A stretch of 41,679 nt of DNA from a virus. Where the stretch lies: IMG/VR virus record IMGVR_UViG_3300045988_173913, positions 1 to 41,679 of that record; one strand, given 5' to 3'. The notes beneath the pieces were generated by a model. The model saw nothing but the letters and a program-made list of their open reading frames with translations. It was not told the origin of the DNA and did not search any database. Position 1 is the stretch's first letter; the number at the start of each line of letters is the position of its first letter. Both the position numbers and the translations under genes were made by a program. Positions 25,856 to 36,234 of this stretch are shown here, in pieces.

Positions 25856-26426
25856 TGCCTTCCACTTCTTCTCAACTCGTTGTAGAACTTATTTTGTTCT
25901 ATGTCAAGATATTCATTATATGAGGGTACTATATAACTTTCCCATATCTTGTATAAGTCCTCCAATGAGTAATATTCTTCTATTTCTTTAAGAGTGGCTA
26001 AATTCTTTGATATTAGCCCTCCAACTAATGGGTCTATATTTTGGTATTCAAAACGGCGAGAAAGTCTCGGACTTCGGAAGGGAACATTATTATTCCCTTT
26101 TGTTATTAACTCTGGGAGTTCTCGCCATTTTTTAAAAAACCTATGGTCAGGTCAACTACTTTATCTCCCAACTCCTTCATTGATGCGAATGAAAGATTGT
26201 CATTTATGACATCTTCCGTATCAAGCCTAAGCCATACGTTCGGGGAGGTCTCTACCTCGACATTAGATAGGATTTTCTTAAAGAGCACTTGATTCTCTTC
26301 CCCTAAATCGTTCTTAGACAAGCTATCGTCCCATTTCATAAGGACTTGTCGTGCCATAAGAGGAGGCATCTCGCTCACCCTGTATTTTCTTCCCTCTAAT
26401 TCTACTATTTCTTGTTTTCTTGCCAT
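25852..26426 (-). CDS. Tail assembly chaperone GT-like product made by a programmed -1 frameshift at T TTT TTA (26133-26139)
   Basis: After a -1 slip the reading frame stays open for about 93 codons, with no stop, to a TGA that overlaps the tape measure ATG (25852-25854). I translated this by hand. Confidence 0.5.
26106..26426 (-). CDS. Tail assembly chaperone (G-like), start at ATG 26426
   Basis: Lies between the tube and tape measure genes and ends just after a slippery heptamer. The track's TTG start at 26444 was replaced by the ATG with an AAAGG RBS. Confidence 0.5.
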   Translation of the reverse strand: MARKQEIVELEGRKYRVSEMPPLMARQVLMKWDDSLSKNDLGEENQVLFKKILSNVEVETSPNVWLRLDTEDVINDNLSFASMKELGDKVVDLTIGFLKNGENSQS

Positions 26427-26453
26427 AGGTCGCCTTTCTATCAATTATTTAGA

Positions 26454-26894
26454 TTAAAATGCCTGCATTGTTCCTTGAAAGGTGTACAATCTCGCTTGGA
26501 GCTTGCCGTCAACAGCCATCGTATTGCAAAGTGCGCCAGAAGTCATTGTGCAATCGGCGAAATTGCTTGTTTTTCCAGTGATTGCTTCGGTAAACACGAT
26601 ATTGATTGAATCAATATTCACAGCAGCACCTTGCTGCGGTCTATCAGTAGCAACCATTGCTTTAAGAGCTTTGTCGTTGTCTCCATTAGCAAATACTCCT
26701 ATTCTTATAGTGTAAACACTTCCATGCATATAGGAAATCTTATGTCCATTTGCACCGACATTTACAGTACCAAACACAGGGTCATCTATCTCAAAAAGAG
26801 CGATGTCGTCTGCCGCTTCTGTAATTGTTATTCCTTGCGGGTTGTTCAAACTCCTTATGGTCACACTTGACCCAAATCCCGTTGCGTCTGCCAT
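26454..26894 (-). CDS. Tail tube protein
   Basis: 146 aa, directly downstream of the sheath gene. AAGGAG RBS. Confidence 0.55.
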   Translation of the reverse strand: MADATGFGSSVTIRSLNNPQGITITEAADDIALFEIDDPVFGTVNVGANGHKISYMHGSVYTIRIGVFANGDNDKALKAMVATDRPQQGAAVNIDSINIVFTEAITGKTSNFADCTMTSGALCNTMAVDGKLQARLYTFQGTMQAF

Positions 26895-26921
26895 ATTATA
26901 TTACTCCTTCTTTATTGTTAA

Positions 26922-28490
26922 TTACGAGTTTCTCGCGGAACTTGTTATAGCAATGTGCGTACCTTCAATACTGTTAATGGTATCGGCGGCAGCATATATA
27001 AGCCTATAAGAGAAGCTCCTTGTCCCATTAGGATTAGTATTTATGCTAAATGTAAATATATATCCCTGACTCTGGACAATCTGCCAATCGGAGTCATTAC
27101 CAGTTATTGCGGATATAGAGGCTTTCTCGTCAGAAGTTAGGAACTTACCTACTTGAATTGCCCCATTATTTTTTGCGCTTGTCCATACGTCAAGTAATGC
27201 TGCTTGAACTTTTGCAACTCCTTGCTGGTTCGCATAAATCGCGTCATTGAGAACAAAGACAGTCAATGCGGTTGTTTCTATTTGACCTTTCAACCACCAA
27301 GCACCTACGGCAACTGTGGTAGAAGTCGGAGAGCCTTGTAGCAATCCGTCCTGCAAGAAACTTGTCTTTTGGCCGCCTTGCTGAGTTGATGCGTAGTAGT
27401 TTACATACGAAGCATCAAGATTTTGATAGAGATTCATTCCACCACTGACTGTCATTACATTATCAGGCGTGAAATTAGGATAAGTCTGATACATAAAGTT
27501 TGGCAAGCTATTCTGTTGCTCGAAGTTTATGCAAGCACCCGCCATCATAGGCATCAGATACTTATTTTCGTTCGCAGCATCATATTGTATCCATACAAAA
27601 GAGTAAGATGCAAGTGCCGATTGGTATTCAGCCCACTGCGAAGCTGTCGGAGGCTGCACAATGAACAGAACAGAGCCGTTCTGTTGTTCCGTCCAAGTCG
27701 CTGCTTCTACCGCTTGGTCTTGGGATATATCGGAAGGATTGAGGAATGCGAATGTCATAAAATTGTTATTCACATTCATCATATTGTTTAGTTCTTCCGT
27801 AAGAGTATCGGCATCTTTACCTTCTGAAAGGATAACACTTGTGGCGGAAGTAAGACCCAACAATGTCGCCAGTCCATCTTCGCCGCTGGTAAATGCGCTA
27901 AAACTGCCTACTTGCGACCCATCGCCAACTGTTGGTGCTGTAATGACAAACCTCGCTCCGCTATTATTCAGAGAAGCTTCATATTTGACAGTAGCATCTT
28001 CAAATACAGCTTGAAGGCTGGTCTGAATCGTAGAAGCTACTGTCGCAAAGCTATCTGCTGACGATAGATTTATAGCAGTGACTTGATATGGCGTTGCCTT
28101 CCCTGTTGCATCCGTATAGGAGAAATTTAGTGTACCATTCGATATAGCAGTAAAGCTCGTAAGCGCAAAAGTAGTTATGCCGCTCGTCGCTGTGGCATTT
28201 ACTGCACTTGTTGACCATCTCCAAAATGACAATTTCTGTGGGCGAGTATATTTCTTACTTGTCCAATTAAAGTACTGTGACGCAACTGCATATTCAGCAG
28301 ATGAAGCCCCGAAGTAGCCCAGCACATTCTGTAATGCAGTCGCCCCTGAAAATTCCAATGCTTGCCCATAAGGAACAAGAGAATTAGTTGTCATAATACG
28401 ACCAATAGGTTCGCGCGTTCCGACCACACTGCCACCCGCAAATTCATTTGTTATTCGTACATATTTGGAGATTGGTATGCTTAGATTCAT
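26922..28490 (-). CDS. Contractile tail sheath protein
   Basis: 522 aa. Its position, ahead of the tube-chaperone-tape measure genes, is typical of myoviruses. AAGGA RBS. Confidence 0.6.
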   Translation of the reverse strand: MNLSIPISKYVRITNEFAGGSVVGTREPIGRIMTTNSLVPYGQALEFSGATALQNVLGYFGASSAEYAVASQYFNWTSKKYTRPQKLSFWRWSTSAVNATATSGITTFALTSFTAISNGTLNFSYTDATGKATPYQVTAINLSSADSFATVASTIQTSLQAVFEDATVKYEASLNNSGARFVITAPTVGDGSQVGSFSAFTSGEDGLATLLGLTSATSVILSEGKDADTLTEELNNMMNVNNNFMTFAFLNPSDISQDQAVEAATWTEQQNGSVLFIVQPPTASQWAEYQSALASYSFVWIQYDAANENKYLMPMMAGACINFEQQNSLPNFMYQTYPNFTPDNVMTVSGGMNLYQNLDASYVNYYASTQQGGQKTSFLQDGLLQGSPTSTTVAVGAWWLKGQIETTALTVFVLNDAIYANQQGVAKVQAALLDVWTSAKNNGAIQVGKFLTSDEKASISAITGNDSDWQIVQSQGYIFTFSINTNPNGTRSFSYRLIYAAADTINSIEGTHIAITSSARNS

Positions 28491-28509
28491 TGCTCTATCC
28501 TTTTGTAGA

Positions 28510-29106
28510 TTATGTTATTGGGTATATCCCATTCGTATTGTTTTTAAATGCTTCTTGCTGTTCTTCTTTTGTGATGAAATTTTCTGTCTCGTCAATAGAA
28601 ATTGACTCTTTGGTTATGAATTTTGCTCTTATGACAGGAAAACGAGAATCCTTCCCAGAGTCATCTTCTGCTATCCCATTGTAAATATCAGGGGTGTTCT
28701 CTGTCCAATATCCAACCTTAAACAAAGCCTCTCTTGCATATTGGCTTTGAAGATATGCCAAGAACTGATTCGCAATATCGTAGGCGGTCTGGTATGTAGT
28801 TAAATCTGTATTGGGATTAGACATATCCTTTCTATCTTTCCAGAACGTAAACGACATAGAGATTTCATTATTCCAATAGATAATCCCTTCCCCTGTTTGG
28901 GATTCAGAATCCCATTTATAGATAGTCGAAGTCCACCCATAACGACGACTGTTGTAAAAATCCAAAAGTATTAAAGGCGAACGCAATCCTTGTATGCTCG
29001 GCTGTCCCCATTGTATTACATTCCAATCGGTAAGTTGCTTATCCTGCAACCAATTCCCTACTAATGTAATAAAATCGTTATAAATTGTAAGCTCGGATTT
29101 TGTCAT
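28510..29106 (-). CDS. Neck/tail completion protein
   Basis: 198-aa ORF between the head-tail genes and the sheath gene. Confidence 0.35.
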   Translation of the reverse strand: MTKSELTIYNDFITLVGNWLQDKQLTDWNVIQWGQPSIQGLRSPLILLDFYNSRRYGWTSTIYKWDSESQTGEGIIYWNNEISMSFTFWKDRKDMSNPNTDLTTYQTAYDIANQFLAYLQSQYAREALFKVGYWTENTPDIYNGIAEDDSGKDSRFPVIRAKFITKESISIDETENFITKEEQQEAFKNNTNGIYPIT

Positions 29107-29471
29107 TTATTATAGTCCTTCTCCGCAATAGCTATAATCTCATTCCACCCATCATATAGATACCATTGTTTTACACTTATGACTATCCACGTTGAGCCTT
29201 CGTAGGTTATTCTATCGGGAGACGCATTGCTATTCTCTAATGCAAGCGCATTAGAGCTTAAAAAAAACCGCATATAACGCTTCTGAAAGTCCAACCCATA
29301 GTCTTTATAGAGTTTATTACTCAAAGGCTGTGCAATGGCATTAGAGACCGTTATAGGGGCATTGTAAGAATTTTGAGCAACTCCTCCAAATCCCACATTT
29401 TGCGACGCATATTGCTCATAGATTATAGGAGTTTTTCTCAGCGTTGCCAATGCTTGATTTAAAAGATTCAT
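29103..29471 (-). CDS. Head-tail joining protein
   Basis: 122-aa ORF, coupled to its neighbours. Confidence 0.35.
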   Translation of the reverse strand: MNLLNQALATLRKTPIIYEQYASQNVGFGGVAQNSYNAPITVSNAIAQPLSNKLYKDYGLDFQKRYMRFFLSSNALALENSNASPDRITYEGSTWIVISVKQWYLYDGWNEIIAIAEKDYNK

Positions 29472-29986
29472 TACTTCTTCCTAACAACTTTTCCTTTTAC
29501 ATTCTTTCTCATAGAACCAGTATCAACAAGAGGCTTTGTCGAGCCATTCCCTCTCAATCGGATTGTCAATCCGCTTAATTGTGGATTAAATACTGAATCT
29601 ATATTCTCTCTTATCTGGTTCGCACCCTGCTCTGCTGCCTTTTGGAAAGCATTTCTAACATTAGAGGCTTTTAACTCTCTATTCTCTTGCAGTGAAGATA
29701 TTACCTCGTCTGCGACCTTATCCATATTTTGGAAAATGAATGGTCTTGGTGGTCTATCTCTCCCTTTCGAGCTTGGTTTCCCAAACTCATTAGCTACGGC
29801 CTTGTAGGCATCATATGCCCCAGTATCTTCCCTATCATCAGAACGTATTGAACTTTTAGTATTAAACCAACCTACCTGGATTTCACTCTGCTCTAAGGTA
29901 TTAAGAACAGACATCAAATGTCTCATTCCCTCACCGTTTTTTACGGTGACCTTTACTGCATTAAATCCCATCAGTAGGAAGTCCAA
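29471..29986 (-). CDS. Head-tail joining protein
   Basis: 171-aa ORF, coupled to its neighbours. Confidence 0.35.
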   Translation of the reverse strand: MDFLLMGFNAVKVTVKNGEGMRHLMSVLNTLEQSEIQVGWFNTKSSIRSDDREDTGAYDAYKAVANEFGKPSSKGRDRPPRPFIFQNMDKVADEVISSLQENRELKASNVRNAFQKAAEQGANQIRENIDSVFNPQLSGLTIRLRGNGSTKPLVDTGSMRKNVKGKVVRKK

Positions 29987-30423
29987 TAAATTCGGTTAAA
30001 GCTTCCGCCATAAAACAGTGGCATATTATGCGATGCAATCAGCCCTATAAGTTGTTGTCCCCACGGAGTTTGAGCCAACCAACTTCTAAATAATGTTAAT
30101 CCAGTAGGCACTGCCATAGACACTTCGACTTCGCCAACCTTTGAACGTTGAACTAATCCCATTCCCAATGAAGCCCCTCCGCCAGATGCCGCCGATTGCG
30201 CTTGATTACTTAGCCACAATAAATGCGCAGTCATAAGCTCTATCATTAAGACTCTACAAGGGCAAGGATTGTTAGGGTTTCCGTAATTAGATACATAGCA
30301 ATAGGATTGGGAAATTATCTGCTCAACCAACGAATCAGGATAAAGCTCTTGCGTGAAGGCGGGAAATGCCGTCCTAAACTGCTCTACCGTTATCGTTATC
30401 TGATTAGAATTATCTCCACACAT
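29971..30423 (-). CDS. Head-tail connector-like protein
   Basis: The N-terminus TVEQFRTAFPAFTQ...DSLVEQII resembles phage head-tail connector/adaptor families. Confidence 0.35.
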   Translation of the reverse strand: MCGDNSNQITITVEQFRTAFPAFTQELYPDSLVEQIISQSYCYVSNYGNPNNPCPCRVLMIELMTAHLLWLSNQAQSAASGGGASLGMGLVQRSKVGEVEVSMAVPTGLTLFRSWLAQTPWGQQLIGLIASHNMPLFYGGSFNRIYWTSY

Positions 30424-30448
30424 ATATCCTATTGCTATGCTTTCTAAA

Positions 30449-30955
30449 TTAACGTTTTCTCTGCGCTTTACCTCTTTTGGTTTTGGTTGCTACTTTATCT
30501 TCAAGCTTGGCGTCTATTACTCTCGATTCAGGAATATTCGATTTTAATATCGGATTCCCTTTTCTATCAAGTAAATCCAGATTTTTAACATCAGGAGAAG
30601 CGGTAGGCATATAGTCCTTTGACCATTGGGCAGAACCATCTTTCGGATTCATGTCCTTTGCGACTTCTTCTATATCTACCTTCTGCGCCTTGCGTTGGTC
30701 TCCGATGACTATTAAATGACCTCTTTCTACCATTCTGGTAAAATATGGCAATTTGTTAAGTTCCTCTAATTCGTCCTCCGAGACCCAAACTGCTTGCGCA
30801 CTCCTCATAATGTTGTATTTTTGGTCAAATACTCCATTGCCTCCTGGAATGCTAATTTTTCTCTGAGTTATGTTGTTCCCCTGAGCGTCTTTTGCGATGA
30901 CCTCAAAGTTCACAGCAGCACCAAGTGTTGATAAGATTTTATACATGTTTGCCAT
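30449..30955 (-). CDS. Structural hypothetical protein downstream of the capsid gene
   Basis: 168 aa. It shares an identical 17-nt translation initiation region with the chaperone gene (aaaggcgacctatggca). Confidence 0.35.
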   Translation of the reverse strand: MANMYKILSTLGAAVNFEVIAKDAQGNNITQRKISIPGGNGVFDQKYNIMRSAQAVWVSEDELEELNKLPYFTRMVERGHLIVIGDQRKAQKVDIEEVAKDMNPKDGSAQWSKDYMPTASPDVKNLDLLDRKGNPILKSNIPESRVIDAKLEDKVATKTKRGKAQRKR

Positions 30956-30982
30956 AGGTCGCCTTTGGTTAGTTTTTACAAG

Positions 30983-32083
30983 TTAGCACCCAATGTAGCG
31001 TACAACGCCAATCGGATAGCGGACAAATACGCCAGCAGTAGCGTTGCTGTACACTTCTATTGTGCTGGTGGACTTTCTTTCGTATCCTACCATGAAGAGA
31101 CGAGCGGGAACATACTGCTTTACCGTATCCGACCCCATTACGTCGTCTTTTACGATATACATTACGTTTTCACCGCCAACAGCTTCGTTGAACTGCGGAA
31201 TGAATTTTACTTCGCAATTCGGCCAAGTCGTCTTTATGAAGGCTTCCACCGAGAACGGAGCATTGCCGTTAGTGTATTGCGGGACAGCCGTAAGAGCCAA
31301 CTGGCAGTTCACAGGCAACCAAATAGCGAACTTATCCGACTGCGGATTGAAGTTGCCATTTAGTTGAGTCGCCAAATCTTGAACTCCTTTACGGAGGTCA
31401 TTGATTATTTCAATGTGCGTCTTAGAAGCAAACGTTGTATCGCCAGAATTTCCAACCGAGAGTGTGCCATAAGGAAGCAGATTCGGGTCATTCAAAACGC
31501 CATAAACCGCTTCTGTACCTTCTAAATAACCAGTAAATGCGGCTTGGTTGCGCATAACGTCAAGAGCCAAATGTGCAGCCTTAGTTGCTCCCGCCCTTGC
31601 GTTATACCTCATTTGCCCAGCTCGTTTTTCCTGCAGGAAGCCTACCTGAACGGATTTCTGGAATCTCAGTATGGCGCGAGTCTGGAAGTTCAAGTTGTAC
31701 TGCGCATTGCTCGGATTTGCATAGTCAGAATAAAGCACTGCGTTCCCAATCAGTTCTTCAATGGTCTGCACTATTTGCGCATCTTCCCAAGAGCCTGCGG
31801 TGACAGTAGTCATAAGCTCATCTGCCATTTGCTTGGCAAATATAGTCTTAATCAAGTCTGGCTCCCAGTATTGGCTGAACTGCACAGGAGTTCCTATCGA
31901 AGGCGTAGTAGCCATCGCAGGATATTCGATAGCGTCCATTGCCATCGCTCTTAGCGCGTGCGGGCTGACCGAAAATCCGAGCCTTGCCAAAGTAGGTTCA
32001 TCGGTTTCGTCGTTAGCGAAGGTGAAGTTTACCCTCTGGTTTCTTCTTATCTCCGAGTGTATCGGTAAATCTATTTCAGGCAT
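30983..32083 (-). CDS. Major capsid protein
   Basis: 366 aa. Lies downstream of the portal, protease and decoration genes. Strong AAGGAG RBS. Confidence 0.55.
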   Translation of the reverse strand: MPEIDLPIHSEIRRNQRVNFTFANDETDEPTLARLGFSVSPHALRAMAMDAIEYPAMATTPSIGTPVQFSQYWEPDLIKTIFAKQMADELMTTVTAGSWEDAQIVQTIEELIGNAVLYSDYANPSNAQYNLNFQTRAILRFQKSVQVGFLQEKRAGQMRYNARAGATKAAHLALDVMRNQAAFTGYLEGTEAVYGVLNDPNLLPYGTLSVGNSGDTTFASKTHIEIINDLRKGVQDLATQLNGNFNPQSDKFAIWLPVNCQLALTAVPQYTNGNAPFSVEAFIKTTWPNCEVKFIPQFNEAVGGENVMYIVKDDVMGSDTVKQYVPARLFMVGYERKSTSTIEVYSNATAGVFVRYPIGVVRYIGC

Positions 32084-32109
32084 TGTAATCTCCTTTGTTA
32101 GTCGTTAAA

Positions 32110-32910
32110 TTAAACCTGCGGGATAATGCTAATGAGAACAGGAGTGCCTGCCGCGCCACCTACCTCAACCTTTGCGCCCTTAATCTGAGTCTGACTACCC
32201 GAAGCAGTGCCAGCACTCAAAGCTCCCGAAGCATTCGTATAGTAAATAGCGTCTCCAACATTAGAGGCATTAGAAAGAGCTACCCAAATATATCCGCTTA
32301 CGCAGAGTTCTCCGATGACTCCATCAGGTACTTTCAATGTCGGGGTAAGTCCGTTGTATACAATTTGCTGGTCGGGATTTACAAGTATTCCAGCAAATTT
32401 CCCAGTGCCTCCCATTATGGCAATATTCGGGTTCTTAGATACCACAGTAAAAGCATTGCCTATTGTAGCATTGTTTCCTGCGACATAATCCGCTCCGCCA
32501 GCAAGGCTTGCACCTACCGTTATTGCGGAAGAATTGCTCGTTGCAAGCGCAATAGAATTTCCTTGTGCGCCAGTCTCCGAAGCAGTCACTGTCACCGTAT
32601 TTGTCGAGGAAGTCGCAGTAGCAATACCACTAATTATAGCTGCAAGATTTGTAGCCGTATCGGTCGCAGAGCCTCCGATAAGAACTTGCTGTCCAACGGG
32701 GTCTGCCGACACAAATTCATAGACAGTAGAGCCTACCGTCACCGTGTCGCCCGCAGTGGGATTGGCGGTTATCGTTATCGCCCCAGTTGCAGCAACCGAA
32801 GGAGTCGCACCAGTCCCTCTGAGGCTGTACGAGAATGCGGATTTAAGCCTATCAGTTGCCCAGGTTCCTACTTTTGCAATCGCAGGAAAGATATTTACTT
32901 TTGTCTGCAT
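32110..32910 (-). CDS. Head decoration/auxiliary capsid protein (T/S/G/A-rich, beta-rich)
   Basis: 266 aa of low-complexity, T/A/G-rich repeats. It lies between the protease/scaffold gene and the capsid gene. Confidence 0.4.
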   Translation of the reverse strand: MQTKVNIFPAIAKVGTWATDRLKSAFSYSLRGTGATPSVAATGAITITANPTAGDTVTVGSTVYEFVSADPVGQQVLIGGSATDTATNLAAIISGIATATSSTNTVTVTASETGAQGNSIALATSNSSAITVGASLAGGADYVAGNNATIGNAFTVVSKNPNIAIMGGTGKFAGILVNPDQQIVYNGLTPTLKVPDGVIGELCVSGYIWVALSNASNVGDAIYYTNASGALSAGTASGSQTQIKGAKVEVGGAAGTPVLISIIPQV

Positions 32911-32937
32911 GTTTTTGTCCTTTGTTAATTGTTTAAA

Positions 32938-34374
32938 TTACTGAATGGCGGATTTTACCCTATCGTTTACCGACATTCTTCTTTTCTCAACAGAATCCAT
33001 CGAGAAAGTCGCGCTTTTCTTAGCGGCCGCAAGATAGCCCTCTATTGTTGCCAGAGGATTGCCATAGTCTTTAAGTCCCAGCTTTTTGCAGGCTTCTGCC
33101 GCCATATCTTCAACAGAATCCATTTCATCGTAAGCAAACGTACCGCAATAAGGGAAAATCTTTTTACCAAAGTTTTCCTGTTCGCGGATAGTCCTTAGAA
33201 CCGACTTGCGGATTTCAGCTTCATCGCCAGCAAAGCCTTTCTTGCCTTCACCTTCGCCTTCGCCCTCTTTTTTCTTGTCATCTTCCTTTTGGGGTTCGCC
33301 AGAAGACTCAGCATCTTTCGCTTGCGTGCCTTCACCGCCGCCACAACCGTCATTGGCAGTGCCCTCCAACGATTTATTATAGGCTATCTTTTCAGCGAGA
33401 CCAGCAATCGTTCTTTCTTTTTCCTCTGCACCGCCCTTAAATTCGCTTTCGGGCTTCGCAGCGATTGCCATAATCTCCCTTATCGCCCCTCTCTTATCGA
33501 CATCGGCGTCATTTGCGGACTGTTCTCCGCCGCCGCTTTTCCCTTTATCTTCGTCCATATTTTTGTCCTTTTGCTCGTTGTCTTTGTTGTTAGATGTCAC
33601 AAAATTTGTCCTGGAAGAATCCGTTGGGGTGACGACTCGTTTGTCACCCTTATCCCTACGTTGGTATTTGTTCTCGTCTATCCATTTTACGTCATTAGGA
33701 TAGCGTTGTTTAAGCAGAGTCACGTCTATAAATTCATCTTCGGCTGTTTGGTCGGGATTGCCTTCCATATTATCTTGTCCTTCCTTGTTATTATTATTTA
33801 GCTCTATTGAGTCACAAGCAAATTTCATTTCACTTGAATCAAGCGCAATGCTCGCTTCCTCTCCCATTTTACCTTTTTGCACAATAGCTAAATGATTGGG
33901 ATACAAATTCTTTTGAACAAAATCATATATTTTCCCATTGAATACCCCGTGTTCTGGAATGTACTCACAAGCATATCCTAATGATAGTTCGTCTTTGCCA
34001 CCTCTTATGGTGTCTATGATTTTTTTGGAATAAAGTGTTATGTCTCCTAATACCTTACCTAATTGAGATTTAAGCGCAAAGAGAACCCCTTGCGCAGGCT
34101 TTTCGTCATAGGATACGCTCCCATTCATTCCCTCTTTGTTAAGGATTACATGGCCTTCTATAATGGGAATCGGCTTGTCTCCATTCTCATTCCAAGCCTT
34201 CACCATTTTCTCAATTTCTTCCATTGGGCGATATACTGGGTAAAGCCTGTTGGCATCTAATCCCGCAAGCCCAAGACTACGACCAGAATATTCAAATACA
34301 CCTTCTTTGGTTATGGTGTTATCTCGTATCGTCGTATAATTGTTAGAATCTACCTCAATATTTTTCTTTGCCAT
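32938..34374 (-). CDS. Prohead protease/scaffold-like protein with a highly acidic, repetitive C-terminal half
   Basis: Lies between the portal and capsid genes. The C-terminal half is KEDDKKKEGEGEGEGKK-type low complexity. The start was moved from TTG 34380 to ATG 34374. Confidence 0.4.
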   Translation of the reverse strand: MAKKNIEVDSNNYTTIRDNTITKEGVFEYSGRSLGLAGLDANRLYPVYRPMEEIEKMVKAWNENGDKPIPIIEGHVILNKEGMNGSVSYDEKPAQGVLFALKSQLGKVLGDITLYSKKIIDTIRGGKDELSLGYACEYIPEHGVFNGKIYDFVQKNLYPNHLAIVQKGKMGEEASIALDSSEMKFACDSIELNNNNKEGQDNMEGNPDQTAEDEFIDVTLLKQRYPNDVKWIDENKYQRRDKGDKRVVTPTDSSRTNFVTSNNKDNEQKDKNMDEDKGKSGGGEQSANDADVDKRGAIREIMAIAAKPESEFKGGAEEKERTIAGLAEKIAYNKSLEGTANDGCGGGEGTQAKDAESSGEPQKEDDKKKEGEGEGEGKKGFAGDEAEIRKSVLRTIREQENFGKKIFPYCGTFAYDEMDSVEDMAAEACKKLGLKDYGNPLATIEGYLAAAKKSATFSMDSVEKRRMSVNDRVKSAIQ

Positions 34375-34519
34375 TACCAATTTTTTGTCTAACTTCGCTA
34401 CATTTTACTTTTTACATTGCTTGTCAAGCATTTATTAAAAAAATAGAAGGGGGGACGTAGATTTTACTCTACGCCTCCCCCAGCGTATGAACGCGACCAA
34501 TCCATTCGCTGTAAATCGG

Positions 34520-36163
34520 CTATTCTCCATCGTTCTTACTTTCTATCTCCTTTTTCCGCCTTATGTCTCGCTTGCTCGGCACTCTATTCCCCACTGTTAG
34601 AGGCTTAGGGAGAGGTCGCCCCTGATTGTCTTTTTCAGCCGAAAAACTGTTATCTAACTGGTCTGGGCTATCTACAAATTGCGCATCTATGTCTTTTAAT
34701 TGCGGAGGAAGCTCTGGGTCAAGATTTACCCACCCGTCATTCGGGTCATTCGCCATACGTTCCCTTTCCTCCTCTCTTGTAGTCAGATGCGCTCCAACTC
34801 TCATCATTGCCGACTTCGTTTTAAGGTCGCTTATCTGCGCTCTTGTCACCTCATCAGGAGAATCTATCGGATTAAATATTGTTTTAAGCTCTATTTCCTT
34901 CCCAAACTCGGATTTGGCCATAAGCTTATTATGAAAATCTATAATTGGCAAATACTGGGAAAGTCGTATCTTTTCCAGCCTATTATTCACGTCATAACGC
35001 TCAAATTTACCTGCGCCACTATTAGAGCCGCCCTTTATTATCTTTTTAAAAAGGTCTGCGGGAGACATTTGGGTCTTTGCACATAGTCTGTCTTGCAGGC
35101 ACTCTATAACTTCATAAAGCCCTGTTAATGTGGTATCAAACTGCTTTACATTTGAATCCATATCTACTGCAAATATCCCATAATTGTCTTTTGCATCAGC
35201 AGAAATCCTCATCTTCTGATTAAATTCTTCGGGATTTGTAATAGCGGTAAACATATCTCCCTCTATGCAAGCAGTTCTCTTAGTAAGCAACAGTTGCAAA
35301 AGCTCATTTACCGCCTTTTCATAGGCATAAACGTCCTCATATATCATTTGAGTTAGAGGAACTCCGCCATACATATACTTGGGCTTCAATATATCCCCAA
35401 CTGGATAAGGTATATTCTTTATACACCAACTTCTATGGATTCTCATTCTCCCATTTATATCATAATAAGTCGGCTCAAAGAAATGTTGTGTCCACGCGTC
35501 CACTAAATCCTCCCCTTCAAGCTGAGGAACTATCCAATATGGCTCAATAGTAGCCATTCCCGTATAATTCCCCTTCTTTACCAAGCTTATATCAAAGGGA
35601 GTGGTCATATCTACGTCCTCCTTAAAAGTCGGAACCGTCAAAGAATATCCATATTGAAAGGCATTTATCGCACTTTGTATGCAAACGTCCTGAATCTTAT
35701 ACTTAGATTGCGAAATCTCCTCTAAATGGTCTAATTCGCCATCAGAATCCTTCTTGCCCTCCTCTAAATAGCCTAACTTGTATCCCACCATCATCGCTTT
35801 CTGCGCTGGCAACGTACAAGCGTTGCTTATTATCGCATTTTGCATCAAAATTGCGCAGTTTTGCCACCCTATAAATAGGTCGTGAAACTTACTTATTACC
35901 GCATAACTCAAATTTGGGCGGAATTGAGCACTTATCGCGCAACAAGAATCATCTTCTATCGAGTCAAACGCTATTTTTTCGCCTTGCTCGTTGACTCGCA
36001 CCAAACGATTCAACGAAGAACCTATCATCTCTTTACCATATTCAGAGACAATCGAATCCTCATATTGCTTCCGAAGCTTCTGATGGTATTTAATGCTATC
36101 CTCTCGTTGCCTCCTCTCGGCTTCCGTAGGCTCTTTCCTTCTTGTCTTGCGCGTATTACTCAT
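34520..36163 (-). CDS. Portal protein
   Basis: 547 aa, immediately downstream of the terminase large subunit gene. Confidence 0.6.
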   Translation of the reverse strand: MSNTRKTRRKEPTEAERRQREDSIKYHQKLRKQYEDSIVSEYGKEMIGSSLNRLVRVNEQGEKIAFDSIEDDSCCAISAQFRPNLSYAVISKFHDLFIGWQNCAILMQNAIISNACTLPAQKAMMVGYKLGYLEEGKKDSDGELDHLEEISQSKYKIQDVCIQSAINAFQYGYSLTVPTFKEDVDMTTPFDISLVKKGNYTGMATIEPYWIVPQLEGEDLVDAWTQHFFEPTYYDINGRMRIHRSWCIKNIPYPVGDILKPKYMYGGVPLTQMIYEDVYAYEKAVNELLQLLLTKRTACIEGDMFTAITNPEEFNQKMRISADAKDNYGIFAVDMDSNVKQFDTTLTGLYEVIECLQDRLCAKTQMSPADLFKKIIKGGSNSGAGKFERYDVNNRLEKIRLSQYLPIIDFHNKLMAKSEFGKEIELKTIFNPIDSPDEVTRAQISDLKTKSAMMRVGAHLTTREEERERMANDPNDGWVNLDPELPPQLKDIDAQFVDSPDQLDNSFSAEKDNQGRPLPKPLTVGNRVPSKRDIRRKKEIESKNDGE

Positions 36164-36234
36164 AAATTTTTATTGCTAATATGCTTTTTTGACTATTTAC
36201 ACAAATTTGCAAGCTTTTTTTATTCAAATCCTTA

